Assembly (NCBI GenBank): GCA_040218735.1
Contig: JAVJQW010000061.1
Coordinates: 224,001-288,000 of the forward strand
DNA: 64,000 bases
Direction of reading: 5' to 3'
DNA from: Deltaproteobacteria bacterium
Lineage (GTDB): Bacteria; Myxococcota; Kuafuiibacteriia; Kuafuiibacteriales; Kuafuiibacteriaceae
The translations under genes and the position numbers were made by a program. Under the pieces are notes generated by a model. That model searched no databases. It saw only the letters and a list, made by a program, of their open reading frames with translations, and was not told the DNA's origin. This document shows positions 37,711 to 48,403 of the stretch, piece after piece (the first letter of the stretch is position 1; the number at the start of each line of letters is the position of its first letter).

Positions 37711-38931
37711 CTAGTTGGAGCAGGTCGTCACGCCGGTCGTGGCGGCGAGGAACTCCAGGCCGAGGGCGATCTCGTGGAGGCTCAGGGAGCTGCGGACGTT
37801 GAGCTCGTAGTCGAGGTCGAGGTCGAGGGTGCCGCAGGTCGGGACGTTGAAGGCGTGGTTGATCTTCGTCGAGTACGGCGAGTTGCCGTGCTGGGCGACC
37901 GTGCCGTCGTAGTGCTCCGTCTCGATGTTCGCGAGGCGGATGCGGATCTTCGAGTAGTTGCCTGTCGGGGCGCCGGCGTCGGTGAGCGGGGCGTCGGGGA
38001 GCGCGCCGCCGTTGGTGAGCATGAAGGGGAAGTGCTCGAACGTCTGAGACGCGAGCGTGTGCCACGTGTTGCCCTTCTTGCCCTCGACCTCGACGTCGAA
38101 GCGCACCCAGCGCACGTCGTCGAAGCTGTCCTGGATCTCGACCTGGTAGCTGCGCGGCGTGCCGGCGCAGATGCCGGTGCCGTCGAGGGCGCCGCTGCCG
38201 TGGAGGTCGACCTGAAGGGAGCGGACGCCGCAGGTACCGAGTGGAATATACTCAGAGGAGTTGTTGCCGAAGTTGCTCGACGTGGCCTCGGCGAGGAGCG
38301 TCTGCGCACCGTCGCGCATGTAGATGTTCGCCGGCGCCTCGCCGACCTCGTTGTCGATGACCTTCGTGCCGATGACACACATGTCCTCGTCGAAGTCGAA
38401 CTTGAAGGAGCCGCCGCTCGCGTTGTCGTCGGGATCGTCAACGAGGCCGTCGCCGTTGGCGTCGATGGTGTTCTCGGCGACGATGAGGAGCCCGTAGAGC
38501 GAGTTGCTGTTCGTCCAGCCGCCGTTGCCGACGCCCGGGCCGCCGAAGATCTGGCTCGGCGTTCCGAGGTCGTCGTCGCCGCCCGTCGGGTTGGCCGAGT
38601 CGAAGACGATCCCCAGCGCGGGCGTACCGCCGTTGACGTACGTCGATATCTGAACGCCCCAGCTCGCGTACGCGTCGGTGATCGGCTCGCCGGCCTGAAG
38701 CGAAACGTTGTCGCCGTCGAGGTCGAAGTTCATCCAACCGCAGCGCCACGTGTTCATCTGCCCGTTCGTCATCGTCGCGTTGACGCCGGTGCTGACCACG
38801 CCGGGGAGCGTCGTGATGGCATCGCTCTGCACCGACTCACCCGCGAGCGGACCGCACGCGAGGACGCAAGGCGCCACCACGATCCCCATCGTCCAGTTCT
38901 TCAGCTTTTCGAGCGATATTCGACGCGCCAT
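37711..38931 (-). CDS. Putative lipoprotein with beta-rich N-domain and DUF4382-like C-domain
   Basis: Lipobox-like VLACG; DANGDG Ca-loop-like motif; PTGNYSKIRIRL; strong codon bias. Confidence 0.65.
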   Translation of the reverse strand: MARRISLEKLKNWTMGIVVAPCVLACGPLAGESVQSDAITTLPGVVSTGVNATMTNGQMNTWRCGWMNFDLDGDNVSLQAGEPITDAYASWGVQISTYVNGGTPALGIVFDSANPTGGDDDLGTPSQIFGGPGVGNGGWTNSNSLYGLLIVAENTIDANGDGLVDDPDDNASGGSFKFDFDEDMCVIGTKVIDNEVGEAPANIYMRDGAQTLLAEATSSNFGNNSSEYIPLGTCGVRSLQVDLHGSGALDGTGICAGTPRSYQVEIQDSFDDVRWVRFDVEVEGKKGNTWHTLASQTFEHFPFMLTNGGALPDAPLTDAGAPTGNYSKIRIRLANIETEHYDGTVAQHGNSPYSTKINHAFNVPTCGTLDLDLDYELNVRSSLSLHEIALGLEFLAATTGVTTCSN

Positions 38932-39124
38932 CGAGTCACACTATTCCGGATCGGAACACTCGAACGCAAGTGCCTGATTTGACTTAATTTTTGGCTACAA
39001 CGTAGCCGCTGGTAGCCGTTGCGGTGGGGGCAGGCGACACCAGTCCCAGCCACGTATACCCCTGGCTATCACTCTATCGGAGGGGTTGAACCCAGGGTCG
39101 CCATGGGCCAAAGGACTCGGACCC

Positions 39125-40162
39125 ATGACGAAGGGTACGAAACGGGTGCTGACCGGCGTGAAGCCAACCGGCGTTCCCCACATCGGCAACCTCCTCGGCG
39201 CTATCGGGCCCGCCCTCGAGCTCGCGCGCACGAAGGACTGCTTCCTGTTCATCGCCGACCTCCACGCGCTGACGATTCGGCCCGAGCCGGCTCGCGTGCA
39301 GGAGGAGAGCTACTGCGTCGCCGCCACGTACCTCTCCTTCGGGCTCGATCCCGAACGCACCGTGTTCTACCGGCAGAGCGACGTCCCCGAGATCACGCAG
39401 CTCGCGTGGTGCCTGTCGTGTGTGCTGCCGAAGGGGATGCTCAACCGCGCCCACTCCTACAAGGACGCGCTGAGCAACAAGGGCCAGTCGGACGAGGACA
39501 TCAACCACGGCGTGTTCGCCTACCCGGTGCTGATGGCCGCGGACATCCTGGCCTTCGACGCCGACGAGGTCCCGGTCGGCAAGGACCAAAAGCAGCACCT
39601 CGAGATCGCGCAGGAAGCCGCCCGCAAGATGAACCACCTGTACGGCGGTGACGTGCTTCGCGTGCCGGACGCGCTGATCGACGAGGCCGTGATGACGATC
39701 CCCGGCACCGACGGCCGGAAGATGTCGAAGAGCTACGACAACACGATCAAGATCTTCGTCACCGACAAACAGCTCAAGAAGGCCGTCATGGGCGTGACGA
39801 CCGACTCGACCGAGTACGGCCAGCCGCTGCCCACGAAGAACGACACCGTCCTGTCGATCTACAAACACGTCGCGAGCGCCGAAGACTACGCGCGCCTATT
39901 GGCGCAGTACGCCTCAGGGCGCCGCGATCCGAACGGCCCCGACACCGAGGACAACTACTTCGGCTGGGGCAACGCCAAGGGCGCGCTCGTCGAGGCGCTC
40001 AAGGCCAAGTACGCGAAGGAACGCGAAGCCTATAACCAGCTCATGGCCGACCGCGGCCACCTCGACGAGCTGCTCGCCGCCGGCGCCGTCCGCGCGCGGG
40101 ACGTCGCGGCGCCCGTCGTCGACCGCGTGTTCCGTGCGATGGGCATCCGCCCGCCCACTTGA
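39125..40162 (+). CDS. trpS: Tryptophan--tRNA ligase
   Basis: LTGVKPTGVPHIGN, IADLHALT, YPVLMAADIL, VPVGKDQKQHLE, KMSKS. Confidence 0.97.
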   Translation: MTKGTKRVLTGVKPTGVPHIGNLLGAIGPALELARTKDCFLFIADLHALTIRPEPARVQEESYCVAATYLSFGLDPERTVFYRQSDVPEITQLAWCLSCVLPKGMLNRAHSYKDALSNKGQSDEDINHGVFAYPVLMAADILAFDADEVPVGKDQKQHLEIAQEAARKMNHLYGGDVLRVPDALIDEAVMTIPGTDGRKMSKSYDNTIKIFVTDKQLKKAVMGVTTDSTEYGQPLPTKNDTVLSIYKHVASAEDYARLLAQYASGRRDPNGPDTEDNYFGWGNAKGALVEALKAKYAKEREAYNQLMADRGHLDELLAAGAVRARDVAAPVVDRVFRAMGIRPPT

Positions 40163-40197
40163 TGTCGCCGCCGTCGCGCTGCGAAGGTCGCGCGAGC

Positions 40198-41454
40198 GTG
40201 CGCGCGCTCTCGATCCTCGCCCTGTCGCTCGCGGCCTGCTCCCGCACCGTCTCCGTCTACGCGCCCACGCCGTGGGGCGACGATCGCGTCGCCGTGGTCA
40301 GCGTGGTCGACGCCGAGGATCGCCCCGTTACGCGCGAACCGTTCGTGACGACCGGCCGCCGCCTCGACGTCGAGCTGCCGCCGGAGGCCGAAGCGATACA
40401 CGTGGAGTCGTTCCCGCTGGAGCTCGAGTCCTGCGGCGCACGCTTCGAGGCGGTCGGCTCGCCCTACCCCGTCGCCGACGAAGCCTTCGTCGCGCCCGCC
40501 GACGACACGATCGTCTTCGAGCCTCGCACCACGCCGCGCCCGACCGCGATTCACTTCGCAACGCCCTGCGACGTCGAGCCGCCGGTGTGCGACGCGACCT
40601 CGGTCGTCTCGGAGTTCCTCGAGCTGCCGGGCCTCGACCTGCTGACGGTCGCGCGCATCGACGACACCACGCTGCTGTACGGAGCCACCCAGCGCACGGC
40701 CGGACGCATCCAGGTCGGCGGCCCGACGGAGCGCTTCGCGGAGGACACGGGTTCTGCGGTTCGCGACAGCCTCGCGGTGTCGCCGGATCGTTTGATCGTC
40801 GCTGCGGAGGGCGGCGCGATCAGCGAGTACGACGCCGACGGTGTCCTGCGCTGGCGCGTTCGCCTCGGCGTCGAGCACGCCCGCCTCGGCCTCGAGAGCA
40901 ACGGCGACCTCCGCATCACGAGTCGCGAAGGCCAGTTCACGATCCCCGCCGGATCGACCGTCGCGATCACGCGCGACGATCTCCCGGACCGGACCATCGA
41001 AGTCGTCGACACCGGCGGGGAGCGGTTCGCGCACCGCATCGGTACGATCGAGCGGCGCGAAGGCGACGGTTGGGTGAACGAGATCACGGACGTGTCGATC
41101 ACGGCCGACGCTCACCTCGTCCCCTACGACGGCGGCGTGGCGCTCATCGCGCCGGAGATCGTCTTCCTGCGCGACCCGGCCGGGAGCTGGTACCCGATCG
41201 GCTCTCCCTTCGAGACGCTGATCATGACGAACGGGGTCGCGTCGAACGGGATGCTGCTCATCGTGGGTGACAGCGGCGGCCTCGGAATGACCCGCCTCGA
41301 CGACATCGCGTGGTGTCGCCTCGAAGCCGGCCTCGTCAGCAACTTCTGGGACACGACGACCACCGCGGACGGCCGTACGATCTACGTCGTGGGCTCGAAC
41401 GCGGCCGGTGCCTCGCCGCCGGCGTTCTCGACGATCGTCCTACCGGAGGAATGA
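40198..41454 (+). CDS. Lipoprotein, probable beta-propeller
   Basis: Lipobox LAAC; repeated short beta strands with Trp/Gly-Asp turns. Confidence 0.65.
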   Translation: MRALSILALSLAACSRTVSVYAPTPWGDDRVAVVSVVDAEDRPVTREPFVTTGRRLDVELPPEAEAIHVESFPLELESCGARFEAVGSPYPVADEAFVAPADDTIVFEPRTTPRPTAIHFATPCDVEPPVCDATSVVSEFLELPGLDLLTVARIDDTTLLYGATQRTAGRIQVGGPTERFAEDTGSAVRDSLAVSPDRLIVAAEGGAISEYDADGVLRWRVRLGVEHARLGLESNGDLRITSREGQFTIPAGSTVAITRDDLPDRTIEVVDTGGERFAHRIGTIERREGDGWVNEITDVSITADAHLVPYDGGVALIAPEIVFLRDPAGSWYPIGSPFETLIMTNGVASNGMLLIVGDSGGLGMTRLDDIAWCRLEAGLVSNFWDTTTTADGRTIYVVGSNAAGASPPAFSTIVLPEE

Positions 41455-41936
41455 CGGACTTCGCCCCCTTGTCGCGGGGGCCGGTCGGCGTTCAGATGCG
41501 CCGCGTGGGTCACGCGATCTACGAGGTCGTCGAGCAGTTCATGCGCCTGGTGCCGTTCAACCAGGTGCTCCAGATCCGGATCGAATCGCTCGAGGACGGC
41601 TTCGTGCGGATGGCGATCCCGTTCCGCGAGGAGCTCATCGGTGATCCATTTCGACGCGCGCTCCACGGCGGGGTGATCTCCGCCCTGGTCGACACCGCGG
41701 GCGGCGCCGCGCTGATGACCCGCTGTGAAGTCGGGGATCGCCTGAGCACGGTCGACATGCGCGTCGACTACCTCCGCCCAGGGCTCCCGGAGGACGTGAT
41801 CGTGGACGCTACGGTCGTGCGGCTGGGAAACCGCGTGGGGGTCGCGGAGATGCGGGCGTATCACGCGGGACGCAAGGCCGAGCCGATCGCGTCCGGGAAG
41901 GCCGTTTACAACATCCGCCGAGCGGATTCGGGGTAA
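41451..41936 (+). CDS. PaaI family (hotdog-fold) thioesterase
   Basis: LHGGVISALVDTAGG, STVDMRVDYLRP. Confidence 0.9.
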   Translation: MTDFAPLSRGPVGVQMRRVGHAIYEVVEQFMRLVPFNQVLQIRIESLEDGFVRMAIPFREELIGDPFRRALHGGVISALVDTAGGAALMTRCEVGDRLSTVDMRVDYLRPGLPEDVIVDATVVRLGNRVGVAEMRAYHAGRKAEPIASGKAVYNIRRADSG

Positions 41937-41950
41937 CATTCGGCCCGGTC

Positions 41951-42268
41951 ATGTCGACGAAACCAGGAGCAGGCGGGAGCACCGACGTCCTCGCCGAGAG
42001 CGAGCAGAAGACCAAAGAGCCTTCGCTCTACAAAGTGCTGTTCCACAACGACGATTACACGACGATGGAGTTCGTGGTGTCCGTGTTGATGACCGTCTTC
42101 CACCACAACCAGGCGTCGGCCTACCGAATCATGATGCACATCCACACGAATGGAATGGGCGTCGCGGGTGTTTACACGAAAGAGGTGGCGGAGACCAAGG
42201 TCGCGCAGACCGTCGCCATCGCCCGCAAGAACGAGTTCCCCCTCGAAGTGACGATCGAGCCGGAGTGA
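41951..42268 (+). CDS. clpS: ATP-dependent Clp protease adaptor ClpS
   Basis: YKVLFHNDDYTTMEFVV...IMMHIHTNG...EVAETK...FPL. Confidence 0.97.
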   Translation: MSTKPGAGGSTDVLAESEQKTKEPSLYKVLFHNDDYTTMEFVVSVLMTVFHHNQASAYRIMMHIHTNGMGVAGVYTKEVAETKVAQTVAIARKNEFPLEVTIEPE

Positions 42269-44595
42269 GTGAGGACATGGAGTACAGCCAAGAGCTCAAA
42301 GACACCCTAGCGACGGCTTTCAACGAGGCCCTGCGCCGCCGGCACGAGTTCGTGACGCTCGAGCACGTGCTCTACGCGCTCCTCGACGATCCGAACGGCT
42401 CCAAGATCATCAAGGCGTGCGGCGGGGACCTCGATGGCCTCCGGACCGACCTCGACAAGTTCTTCGAGACCAACATGCAGGCGCTCCCGAACGGCGTGGA
42501 GCAGGACCCGCAGCAGACGCTCGCCTTCCAGCGGGTGTTCCAGCGGGCGGTCATGCACGTGCAGTCGTCCGGCAAGAACGTGATGGACTCGAGCAACCTG
42601 CTCGTCGCGTTCTTCCGGGAGCACGACTCCTACGCCGTCTACCTGCTCCAGAAGCAGGGCATCTCGCGGCTCGACGTCGTCCGGTACATCTCCCACGGGA
42701 TCGCGAAGGTCCCGCAGGAGGGTGACCACGCGTTCGACGAGGCGGCGCCCGCGACCAGCGGCAGCCGCGAGGGCGAGCGCGAGAAGAACCCGCTCGAAGC
42801 GTACGCGGTGAACCTCAACCTGGAGGCCGAAGCCGGTCGCATCGATCCGCTGATCGGCCGCGACGCGGAGATCGAGCGGACGATCCAGGTGCTCTGCCGG
42901 CGCCGGAAGAACAACCCGATCTTCGTGGGTGATCCGGGCGTCGGGAAGACGGCGATCGCCGAGGGCCTCGCGCTGCGCATCCACGCGGGCGAGGTGCCGG
43001 AGGTCCTGTCGGACGCGACGATCTTCTCGCTCGACATGGGCTCGCTGATCGCGGGCACCAAGTTCCGCGGGGACTTCGAGGAGCGGCTGAAGGCGGTGTT
43101 GTCGGAGCTCAAGAAGGTCGACAACGCGGTGCTGTTCATCGACGAGATCCACACGGTCGTCGGTGCGGGCGCGACGCAGGACGGCTCCTTGGACGCCGCG
43201 AACCTGATCAAGCCGGCGCTGCAGAACGGTGACCTTCGGTGCATCGGGTCGACGACGCACAAGGACTACAAGTCGTCGATCGAGAAGGACCACGCGCTCG
43301 CGCGGCGGTTCCAGAAGATCATCGTCAAAGAGCCGACGATCGACGAGACGTACCAGATCCTCAAGGGCCTGCGGCCGCACTACGAGGAGCACCACTCGGT
43401 CAGCTACACCGACACCGCGCTTCGGACGGCGGCGGAGCTGGCGGCGAAGCACATCAACGAGCGCTTCTTGCCCGACAAGGCGATCGACGTGATCGACGAG
43501 GCGGGCGCGGCGCAGCGGCTCGTGCCGGAGAACAAGCGCAAGAAGAAGATCCGGCCGGCGGACATCGAGAAGATCATCGCGAAGATGGCGCAGATCCCGG
43601 CGAAGACCGTGAACGCGGACGACCGGAACGCGCTGATGAAGCTGGACGACGAGCTGAAGCTCGTCATCTTCGGGCAGAACGACGCCATCGAAGCGCTGAC
43701 GCAGGCGATCAAGCTGAACCGTTCGGGCCTCGGTGCGCCGGAGCGCCCGGTGGGTTCGTTTGTGTTCGCGGGGCCGACCGGCGTCGGCAAGACGGAGCTC
43801 GCCAAGCAGCTCGCGCGGGTGATGGGCATCGAGTTCACGCGCTTCGACATGTCGGAGTACGGCGAAAAACACACCGTGTCGCGGCTGATCGGTGCACCTC
43901 CCGGCTACGTCGGGTTCGACCAGGGCGGGCTGCTGACGGACGCGATCCGGAAGACGCCGCACTGCGTGGTGCTCCTCGACGAGATCGAAAAGGCGCACCC
44001 GGACATCTACAACATCCTGCTGCAGGTGATGGATCACGCGACGCTGACCGACAACAACGGCCGGCAAGCGGACTTCCGCAACGTCATCCTGATCATGACG
44101 ACCAACGCGGGCGCCCGGGAGATGTCGGCGAACAAGATCGGCTTCTCGCGGGGCACGGATGCGTCGGAGGCGAACAAGGCGCTGGAGCGCACGTTCTCGC
44201 CGGAGTTCCGGAACCGCCTGGACGCGACGATCACCTTCGGCCAGCTGCCGGAGGAGGTCATTCTCATGGTCGTCGACAAGTTCATCAACGAGCTCGACGT
44301 CCTGCTCGCGGACAAGAAGGTGACGATCGATCTCACGCAGGAGGCTCGGATGTTCCTGCGCGAGAAGGGCTACTCGGAGAAGTACGGCGCGCGCCCGATG
44401 GGCCGCGTCATCCAGAACGAGATCAAGCGTCCGCTCGCGGACGAGATCCTCTTCGGCAAGCTGAGCAACGGCGGCCACGTCGAGGTCGACGTGGAGGGCG
44501 AAGGCGAAGACGCCAAGCTGGTGATGTCGTTCTCCGAGACGGACGGCCCCAACGAGCCGGGCCCCGACGCCGAGAAGGCCGAAGTCGAAGCTTGA
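42265..44595 (+). CDS. clpA: ATP-dependent Clp protease ATP-binding subunit ClpA
   Basis: Follows clpS; two AAA modules (GDPGVGKT, GPTGVGKTE), RRRKNNP, SRLIGAPPGYVGFDQGG; alternative ATG at 42277. Confidence 0.97.
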   Translation: MSEDMEYSQELKDTLATAFNEALRRRHEFVTLEHVLYALLDDPNGSKIIKACGGDLDGLRTDLDKFFETNMQALPNGVEQDPQQTLAFQRVFQRAVMHVQSSGKNVMDSSNLLVAFFREHDSYAVYLLQKQGISRLDVVRYISHGIAKVPQEGDHAFDEAAPATSGSREGEREKNPLEAYAVNLNLEAEAGRIDPLIGRDAEIERTIQVLCRRRKNNPIFVGDPGVGKTAIAEGLALRIHAGEVPEVLSDATIFSLDMGSLIAGTKFRGDFEERLKAVLSELKKVDNAVLFIDEIHTVVGAGATQDGSLDAANLIKPALQNGDLRCIGSTTHKDYKSSIEKDHALARRFQKIIVKEPTIDETYQILKGLRPHYEEHHSVSYTDTALRTAAELAAKHINERFLPDKAIDVIDEAGAAQRLVPENKRKKKIRPADIEKIIAKMAQIPAKTVNADDRNALMKLDDELKLVIFGQNDAIEALTQAIKLNRSGLGAPERPVGSFVFAGPTGVGKTELAKQLARVMGIEFTRFDMSEYGEKHTVSRLIGAPPGYVGFDQGGLLTDAIRKTPHCVVLLDEIEKAHPDIYNILLQVMDHATLTDNNGRQADFRNVILIMTTNAGAREMSANKIGFSRGTDASEANKALERTFSPEFRNRLDATITFGQLPEEVILMVVDKFINELDVLLADKKVTIDLTQEARMFLREKGYSEKYGARPMGRVIQNEIKRPLADEILFGKLSNGGHVEVDVEGEGEDAKLVMSFSETDGPNEPGPDAEKAEVEA

Positions 44596-44645
44596 GCCGC
44601 GCGTCCGATTGACCCCACCCCCATGCGCTCGCACGCTCGCTTGGC

Positions 44646-46112
44646 GTGCGGTTCGTCGAATCATCGTGGGCCCTCGCCGCGGTGCTGGGATTTGTGTCCC
44701 TCGCCGCGGCCGCGTGTGACTCCGGTCGCTGTCGCGGCGACTGCATCGTCTACTACCCGTCGGGACCCGACGCCGGAACTTCGACCACGACCGCCGATGC
44801 GGGCGCCTCGCGGGACGGGGGTGCCGCCGGCGACGCTGGCTCGCCCCGGGACGGCGGCGCCGCACGCGACGCCGGACCTTCACGCGACGGCGGCGACGCC
44901 AACGACTGCCGCGTCACCGCCTGCGGTACGAACGAGCGCTGCAACACGACGACGTTTGTTTGTGAGTGTGTCGCCGATGCACTCGCCTGCGGCGCGGGCT
45001 GCAGCCTCTGCCCGACCGATCCGGGCGTCGTCGCAACGGGGTGCGCGAGCGACCGGTGCGTAGCGACGGCCTGCGGCACCGGCTACACGCAGTGCGGCGA
45101 CACCTGCTGCGAATCCGTCCCGGTCTGGCAGACGACGATCGTCGAGACGTCCGCGGGCGGCGCGTCGTCCGTCATCGTCGACGCCCAAGGTCACCCGGCA
45201 GTGGCGTTCAGCTCGGATTCGCCGCGTGGTGTGTACTTCGCGGCGCACGACGGGACCCGCTGGGGCGCGACCGAGCCGGTCGATACGCGCACCAACGCGC
45301 TGTACCCCAGGCTCGTGGGTACGTCGGTGCCCATCGTCGTCAACAGCGTGCTCGACGTCTCCGCGGAGCGAGTCGCCTCGTGGTCGAAGAACGGGACATG
45401 GAGCCCGCTCGGTACGATCGACGACGCGGTCTTCCCGGACGTCGCGGTGGGCGGTGGCTACGAGCACCTCGTATCAAGGACCGCGGGCTTCCCGAGCGAC
45501 GTCCGGTACCACCGTCGTATCGTCGGCGCGTCGAGCTGGGGCGCCGCGACGCCCGTCGCCGTGGACGTCACGTTCGCCGCGCGGATCGCCGCGTCGACGA
45601 CCGGCGGGGTGGTGGTGCTCTACGTCCAAGACGACGACCTCTTCGCAGCGCGGCGGGCCACGCTCTCGTCCGCGTGGACGACCGACCTGATCGCCACGGG
45701 GCCCGTCTGGGAGCTCGATGTCGCGGTCGACACTTCCGGCGTCGAGCACCTCACGTACTACGTCGCGTCCACGCACTTCATTCGGTACGAAACGTACATC
45801 GGTCGCACGCGGACGCGCGGCGTCACCGTGGAGACGTCCCAGAACATGGCGCCCGGCTCCCAACACTTCTCGGGCCTGGCCATCGCGGTCGGCAACAACG
45901 GCGCGCACCTGAGCTACCTCGACTTCTCGCGGGGCGGCTCACTGTTGCGCTACGCGGCGGACGTGGACGGTTTTGTCCCCGAGACCATCGCCAACGCCGA
46001 CGACATCCTCGGCGACACCTCCATCGCAGTGGACGCGAACGGTGCGCCCCACGTCACGTATCCGGCGCCCTCGTCGTCGTGGCCGCACCTCGGGTACGCC
46101 GTGAAGCGCTGA
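44646..46112 (+). CDS. Cys-rich lipoprotein with DAG-repeat linker and C-terminal beta-propeller
   Basis: Lipobox AAAC; RDGG...DAG repeats (36-bp period, 44811/44847/44883); Cys cluster; xAVDxxGxxHxxY blades. Confidence 0.7.
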   Translation: MRFVESSWALAAVLGFVSLAAAACDSGRCRGDCIVYYPSGPDAGTSTTTADAGASRDGGAAGDAGSPRDGGAARDAGPSRDGGDANDCRVTACGTNERCNTTTFVCECVADALACGAGCSLCPTDPGVVATGCASDRCVATACGTGYTQCGDTCCESVPVWQTTIVETSAGGASSVIVDAQGHPAVAFSSDSPRGVYFAAHDGTRWGATEPVDTRTNALYPRLVGTSVPIVVNSVLDVSAERVASWSKNGTWSPLGTIDDAVFPDVAVGGGYEHLVSRTAGFPSDVRYHRRIVGASSWGAATPVAVDVTFAARIAASTTGGVVVLYVQDDDLFAARRATLSSAWTTDLIATGPVWELDVAVDTSGVEHLTYYVASTHFIRYETYIGRTRTRGVTVETSQNMAPGSQHFSGLAIAVGNNGAHLSYLDFSRGGSLLRYAADVDGFVPETIANADDILGDTSIAVDANGAPHVTYPAPSSSWPHLGYAVKR

Positions 46113-46117
46113 CGCGT

Positions 46118-47503
46118 TCAGTGCACGTGGGCGTCGGCGCGCGGTGGGGGCAGTGACTTGAACCCCGGGTCGTCGATGTTCCCCTTCGCGAGGATCAGCG
46201 CGTAGAGGAACGGCGGGACCGACGTCGCCTGGCGCCCGTTGATCAGCACCACCGGGGTGCCGTGGACGTCGAACTGGTTCGCGTACTCGACATCCTCGGC
46301 GATCTTCGCGGTCGTGGCCTTGGAGCCGACACACGCCTTCAGAGCCGCCTGCTTCTTTCCCGTGGCCTCTTCGGCGATCTTCCAGACGCGCTCCTGCGTG
46401 AGGGACTGCTGCTCCTTGAACATCGCGACGCGCGCCTTCTCGAAGTTGTCGTCGTCCTCGAGGCAGACAAGCACCCGCGGCGCGAGGCAGCGGACGCCGG
46501 TCTCGTCCTTCAGCTCCGGCGGGACCGACGGGTTGCAGCCCGCGTCGAGCGGGAACCAGCGCGACTCCGAGGAGAACGATCCGGGCGGCGCCGCTTCGTG
46601 TAGCTGCTCCATGACCTCGGCGAGGTTGCGGCAGTGCCCGCAGCGGATGTCCGAGAAGTCGACGATCTTCACCGGCGCGTTCGCGAGCCCGTCGCGGTGC
46701 CGAACGCCGTACTTCGAAAGGTCCGGCGACTTCGACGTCCGCATCTTGTAGAGCGAGTCGCTGATCGCCTGCTTCGCCGCGGGCGGCACCTGCATGAGGT
46801 AACGCCCGACCTCGGTCGTCGGCGCAGCCGGCGGCGCCGTAGTCGGGGAGGTCGGCGTCGCGGGCGGCGGCGTCTTGGCGGCCTCGGCCTTCTTCGCGGG
46901 GAGCTCCAGCCCCATCTTCGCCTCGACCGGGGTGTTCGTCCCGGGCACGAGCAGCGCCGCGTACGCGACGCACAGGCTCGCGGCGACCGGGAGCGCGGCC
47001 GACATCGGCGAGACGTCGCGCAGCGGGCGGAGCGGCTTCACGCGGAACGCAAACACCGCGAAGCCGCCGACCAACACGTACGTCGCGACGCAGGTCAGGC
47101 ACACCTGCCCGAGCGAGAAGCTCACGCCGACGAACACCAGCACGGCGGCGACGCCGCCACCGGCCACCATGCGCAGCGCGAAGATGCGCGCGTCGTAACC
47201 GCGGCGCCCGATGGCGTCGTACGCGAGGTGCGCCGACACGAAGAACGCGGACAGGCCCCACACGAGGCCCCAGCCGGCGAGCGGCAGACGCGTCGTGCCG
47301 TGGATCGACTTCGCGAACGGTGAGTTCCACACCGCCTCGCAGTTGAGCGTCTCGTCGATGCCGCAGAAGGACGCCCCGCCCTGCTGCGTCACCAACAGCT
47401 CCATCCACTGGAACACCGCGAGCAGCGAAGCCGCCAACGCGAAGGCCAGGAGCGCGACAATCGCCGCGGCGCTCGGGTTCGTGGTCTGGTCGTTCTTACC
47501 CAT
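46118..47503 (-). CDS. Vitamin K epoxide reductase (VKOR)-DsbA fusion
   Basis: FC...LNCEAVWNS, CLTC in TM region; thioredoxin-fold FSDIRCGHC and VHGTP. Confidence 0.9.
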   Translation of the reverse strand: MGKNDQTTNPSAAAIVALLAFALAASLLAVFQWMELLVTQQGGASFCGIDETLNCEAVWNSPFAKSIHGTTRLPLAGWGLVWGLSAFFVSAHLAYDAIGRRGYDARIFALRMVAGGGVAAVLVFVGVSFSLGQVCLTCVATYVLVGGFAVFAFRVKPLRPLRDVSPMSAALPVAASLCVAYAALLVPGTNTPVEAKMGLELPAKKAEAAKTPPPATPTSPTTAPPAAPTTEVGRYLMQVPPAAKQAISDSLYKMRTSKSPDLSKYGVRHRDGLANAPVKIVDFSDIRCGHCRNLAEVMEQLHEAAPPGSFSSESRWFPLDAGCNPSVPPELKDETGVRCLAPRVLVCLEDDDNFEKARVAMFKEQQSLTQERVWKIAEEATGKKQAALKACVGSKATTAKIAEDVEYANQFDVHGTPVVLINGRQATSVPPFLYALILAKGNIDDPGFKSLPPPRADAHVH

Positions 47504-47692
47504 GCGCTGAGAACCCCGTTTACGACGTGGGGCGACCGACGACAAAGCCCGAATGTGCCGGGGTCGCCGCGGGGAAACGACCCAGCGGGCGATTCCATGC
47601 CCGGTGGACTCCAGTCCGCAGCGCGAGGGACCCGACGAGCGGTCCGACAATCTCGGCTCGACCTTCGCCGACGGTTGGCATTGGATCGACGC

Positions 47693-48397
47693 ATGTCCGA
47701 CTGGGGTCTGGTCATCTCCGCCGAGCACGCGAGCCACGCGGTGCCCGACGACGTGGAGCTCGGGCTCTCCGACGCCGTGCTCGAGAGCCACACAGGGTGG
47801 GATCCGGGCGTCGCGATCGTGGCCCGCGCCGTGGGCCGTCACTTCGGCGTCACACCGCACCTCGGCGCCTGGACGCGCCTCGTCGCGGACCTCAACCGCC
47901 CCCCCGACAGCCCGGAGGTCGTCGCCCCCGTCGCCTTCGGCGTCACGGTCCCCGGGAACGGCGGGCTCGACGCTGCGGCCGTCGAGGCCCGGGTCGCGAA
48001 GTACCACCGGCCGTACTGGGCGGCGGTCGAAGCGAGCGTCCGAACGACGCTCGAATCCGCGTCCCGCGTGCTGCACCTGTCGGTGCACAGCTTCACGCCG
48101 GTCTACGACGGCACGACCCGCGAGGTGGAGCTCGGCGTCATGATGGACCCGGAGCGCCCGCTGGAGCGGGCCGTGGCGGACACCTGGATCGAAGTGTTCG
48201 CGCGCGACGGGTTCGTGTCACGAGAGAACGAGCCGTACGACGGACGCGCGCCTGCGCTCGTGACCTCGCTTCGCTCGGTGTTCGACCCGCTCGCCTACGC
48301 GGGGGTGGAGATCGAGATCAGCCACGGGCTGCTCGATCGGATCGACGATGTCGCCACCGCGGTGATCGACGCCGTCAGCGTCACCATCGGCCGCTGA
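47693..48397 (+). CDS. N-formylglutamate amidohydrolase family protein
   Basis: SAEHAS, HTGWDPG, TRLVADLNR, YHRPY, SVHSFTP, NEPY, EIEI. Confidence 0.88.
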   Translation: MSDWGLVISAEHASHAVPDDVELGLSDAVLESHTGWDPGVAIVARAVGRHFGVTPHLGAWTRLVADLNRPPDSPEVVAPVAFGVTVPGNGGLDAAAVEARVAKYHRPYWAAVEASVRTTLESASRVLHLSVHSFTPVYDGTTREVELGVMMDPERPLERAVADTWIEVFARDGFVSRENEPYDGRAPALVTSLRSVFDPLAYAGVEIEISHGLLDRIDDVATAVIDAVSVTIGR

Positions 48398-48403
48398 GGA
48401 GCG

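Noticed and set aside
35378-47503. HTTM (carboxylase-like) gene plus VKOR as a vitamin K cycle
   Set aside because: 10 kb apart with housekeeping genes between; bacterial VKOR-DsbA is adequately explained as a DsbB substitute
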